The notes under the pieces were generated by a model, which had not been told where the DNA came from, did no database searches, and saw only the letters and a list, made by a program, of their open reading frames with translations. Shown here piece by piece: positions 62,995 through 64,000 of a DNA stretch of 64,000 bases. Made by a program: the position numbers and the translations under genes. Every line of letters starts with the position of its first letter. Positions within the stretch are counted from its first letter, which is position 1. Source of the stretch: an uncultured delta proteobacterium (lineage in GTDB: Bacteria; Desulfobacterota; Desulfobacteria; Desulfobacterales; Desulfatirhabdiaceae); contig CAWBKP010000022.1 in NCBI GenBank assembly GCA_963789395.1, positions 256,001 through 320,000 on the forward strand. The letters run 5' to 3'.

Positions 62995-64000
62995 GAAGAT
63001 CCTCCGTGCTTGAAAAAAACCGCCCCCAGAGGCGGCAGCACCAGGTTCAGCGAATGGCGAAACCCGTGCGAGGGAATGGGGTTTGCCTCAACGCCGCCCA
63101 GGCTGCCCTGGCCGCTGCCGCCGTAGTGGGCGGCATCGCTGTTAAGAAGCTCCTTCCAGAAGCCGGCCGTCGGCGCGCCGACACGGTAGTTGTGGAGCGG
63201 CATCGGCGTGAAGTTGAACACGCCGATGAGCGCATCACTGCTTTCGGTCCCGAAACGGATCAGGCTAAGGGTGCTGTGGCGGTGGTCGTTGCAGTCGATC
63301 CACCCGAACCCCTCAGGCGAAAATTCATGCCGGTGCAGGGCGGATTCCTTCCGATACAGCCGGTTGAGGTCCGCCACCCAGCGCTGAAGCCCGGCATGCA
63401 GCGGCAAATCGAGCAGGTGCCAGTCCAGGCTCGTATCGTGGTTCCACTCGCGCCACTGGCCGAACTCGCTGCCCATGAAGAGCAGCTTTTTACCGGGCTG
63501 TGCGAACATGTAGGCCAGCAGCAGCCTCAGGTTGGCGAATCGCTGCCAGTCGTCGCCGGGCATCTTGCCGATCAGCGAGCCCTTGCCGTGCACGACCTCG
63601 TCATGGGACAGCGGCAGCATGAAGTTTTCGGTGAAGGCGTAGAGCATGCGGAAATTGAGCTTGCCGTGATGGTAGCTGCGGTGAACCGGGTCCTTGCCCA
63701 TGTACTCCAGGGTGTCGTGCATCCAGCCCATGTCCCACTTCATGTCGAACCCCAGGCCTCCCACGTAGGCCGGGCGGGAAACCATGGGCCAGGCGGTGGA
63801 TTCTTCGGCGATCATCAGCACATCCGGGTGGCGTTCCTTGACCGCTTCATTGAGCCGGCGCAGGAAAGAGATGGCCTCCAGGTTCTCGCGGCCGCCGAAC
63901 TCGTTCGGGACCCACTCTCCGGGGCCGCGCGAATAGTCCAGGTAGAGCATGGAGGCGACGGCGTCCACGCGCAGACCGTCCGCATGGAACTTGTCCAGCC
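62991..64000 (-). CDS. glgB: 1,4-alpha-glucan branching enzyme, 5'-partial
   Basis: [60 protein letters not shown]. Confidence 0.95.
   Translation of the reverse strand, partial: LDKFHADGLRVDAVASMLYLDYSRGPGEWVPNEFGGRENLEAISFLRRLNEAVKERHPDVLMIAEESTAWPMVSRPAYVGGLGFDMKWDMGWMHDTLEYMGKDPVHRSYHHGKLNFRMLYAFTENFMLPLSHDEVVHGKGSLIGKMPGDDWQRFANLRLLLAYMFAQPGKKLLFMGSEFGQWREWNHDTSLDWHLLDLPLHAGLQRWVADLNRLYRKESALHRHEFSPEGFGWIDCNDHRHSTLSLIRFGTESSDALIGVFNFTPMPLHNYRVGAPTAGFWKELLNSDAAHYGGSGQGSLGGVEANPIPSHGFRHSLNLVLPPLGAVFFKHGGSS

Overview
Chromosomal window from an anaerobic bacterium, inferred from gene content to be Desulfobacterota (Desulfobacterales-like). In order it carries: the end of an Ech hydrogenase operon (echE, echF); acyl-CoA metabolism genes; a TauE exporter; a HesB/IscA-like selenoprotein with an in-frame UGA that the ORF track truncates; epmA; queA-tgt-NifU-aminotransferase; a methylmalonyl-CoA pathway cluster (TetR, mce, scpA, meaB, carboxyltransferase, small epsilon-like ORF, 5S/biotin-carrier fusion, sucCD); hypAB-rsmD, a NifA-like sigma-54 activator, PMM/PGM, a PPIase and a cold-shock gene; GntR-putA; tupBC without tupA; glnB-amtB with a sigma-54 promoter. 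An accessory block follows (NhaP, nitroreductase, YitT, GAF-only protein, acyl-CoA dehydrogenase-rubredoxin fusion, SLC12-like transporter), then two convergent glycogen/trehalose operons. Nine genes are each broken by an apparent single-base insertion, most likely long-read sequencing errors. Intergenic regions hold a 127-bp MITE-like element with a target-site duplication, heptamer-repeat families and a few candidate structured RNAs. I saw no rRNA, tRNA, CRISPR array or transposase. I cannot firmly claim a new biological system; the best leads are the selenoprotein, the 8807-8915 structured element, the dehydrogenase-rubredoxin/GAF block and the nested MITE.
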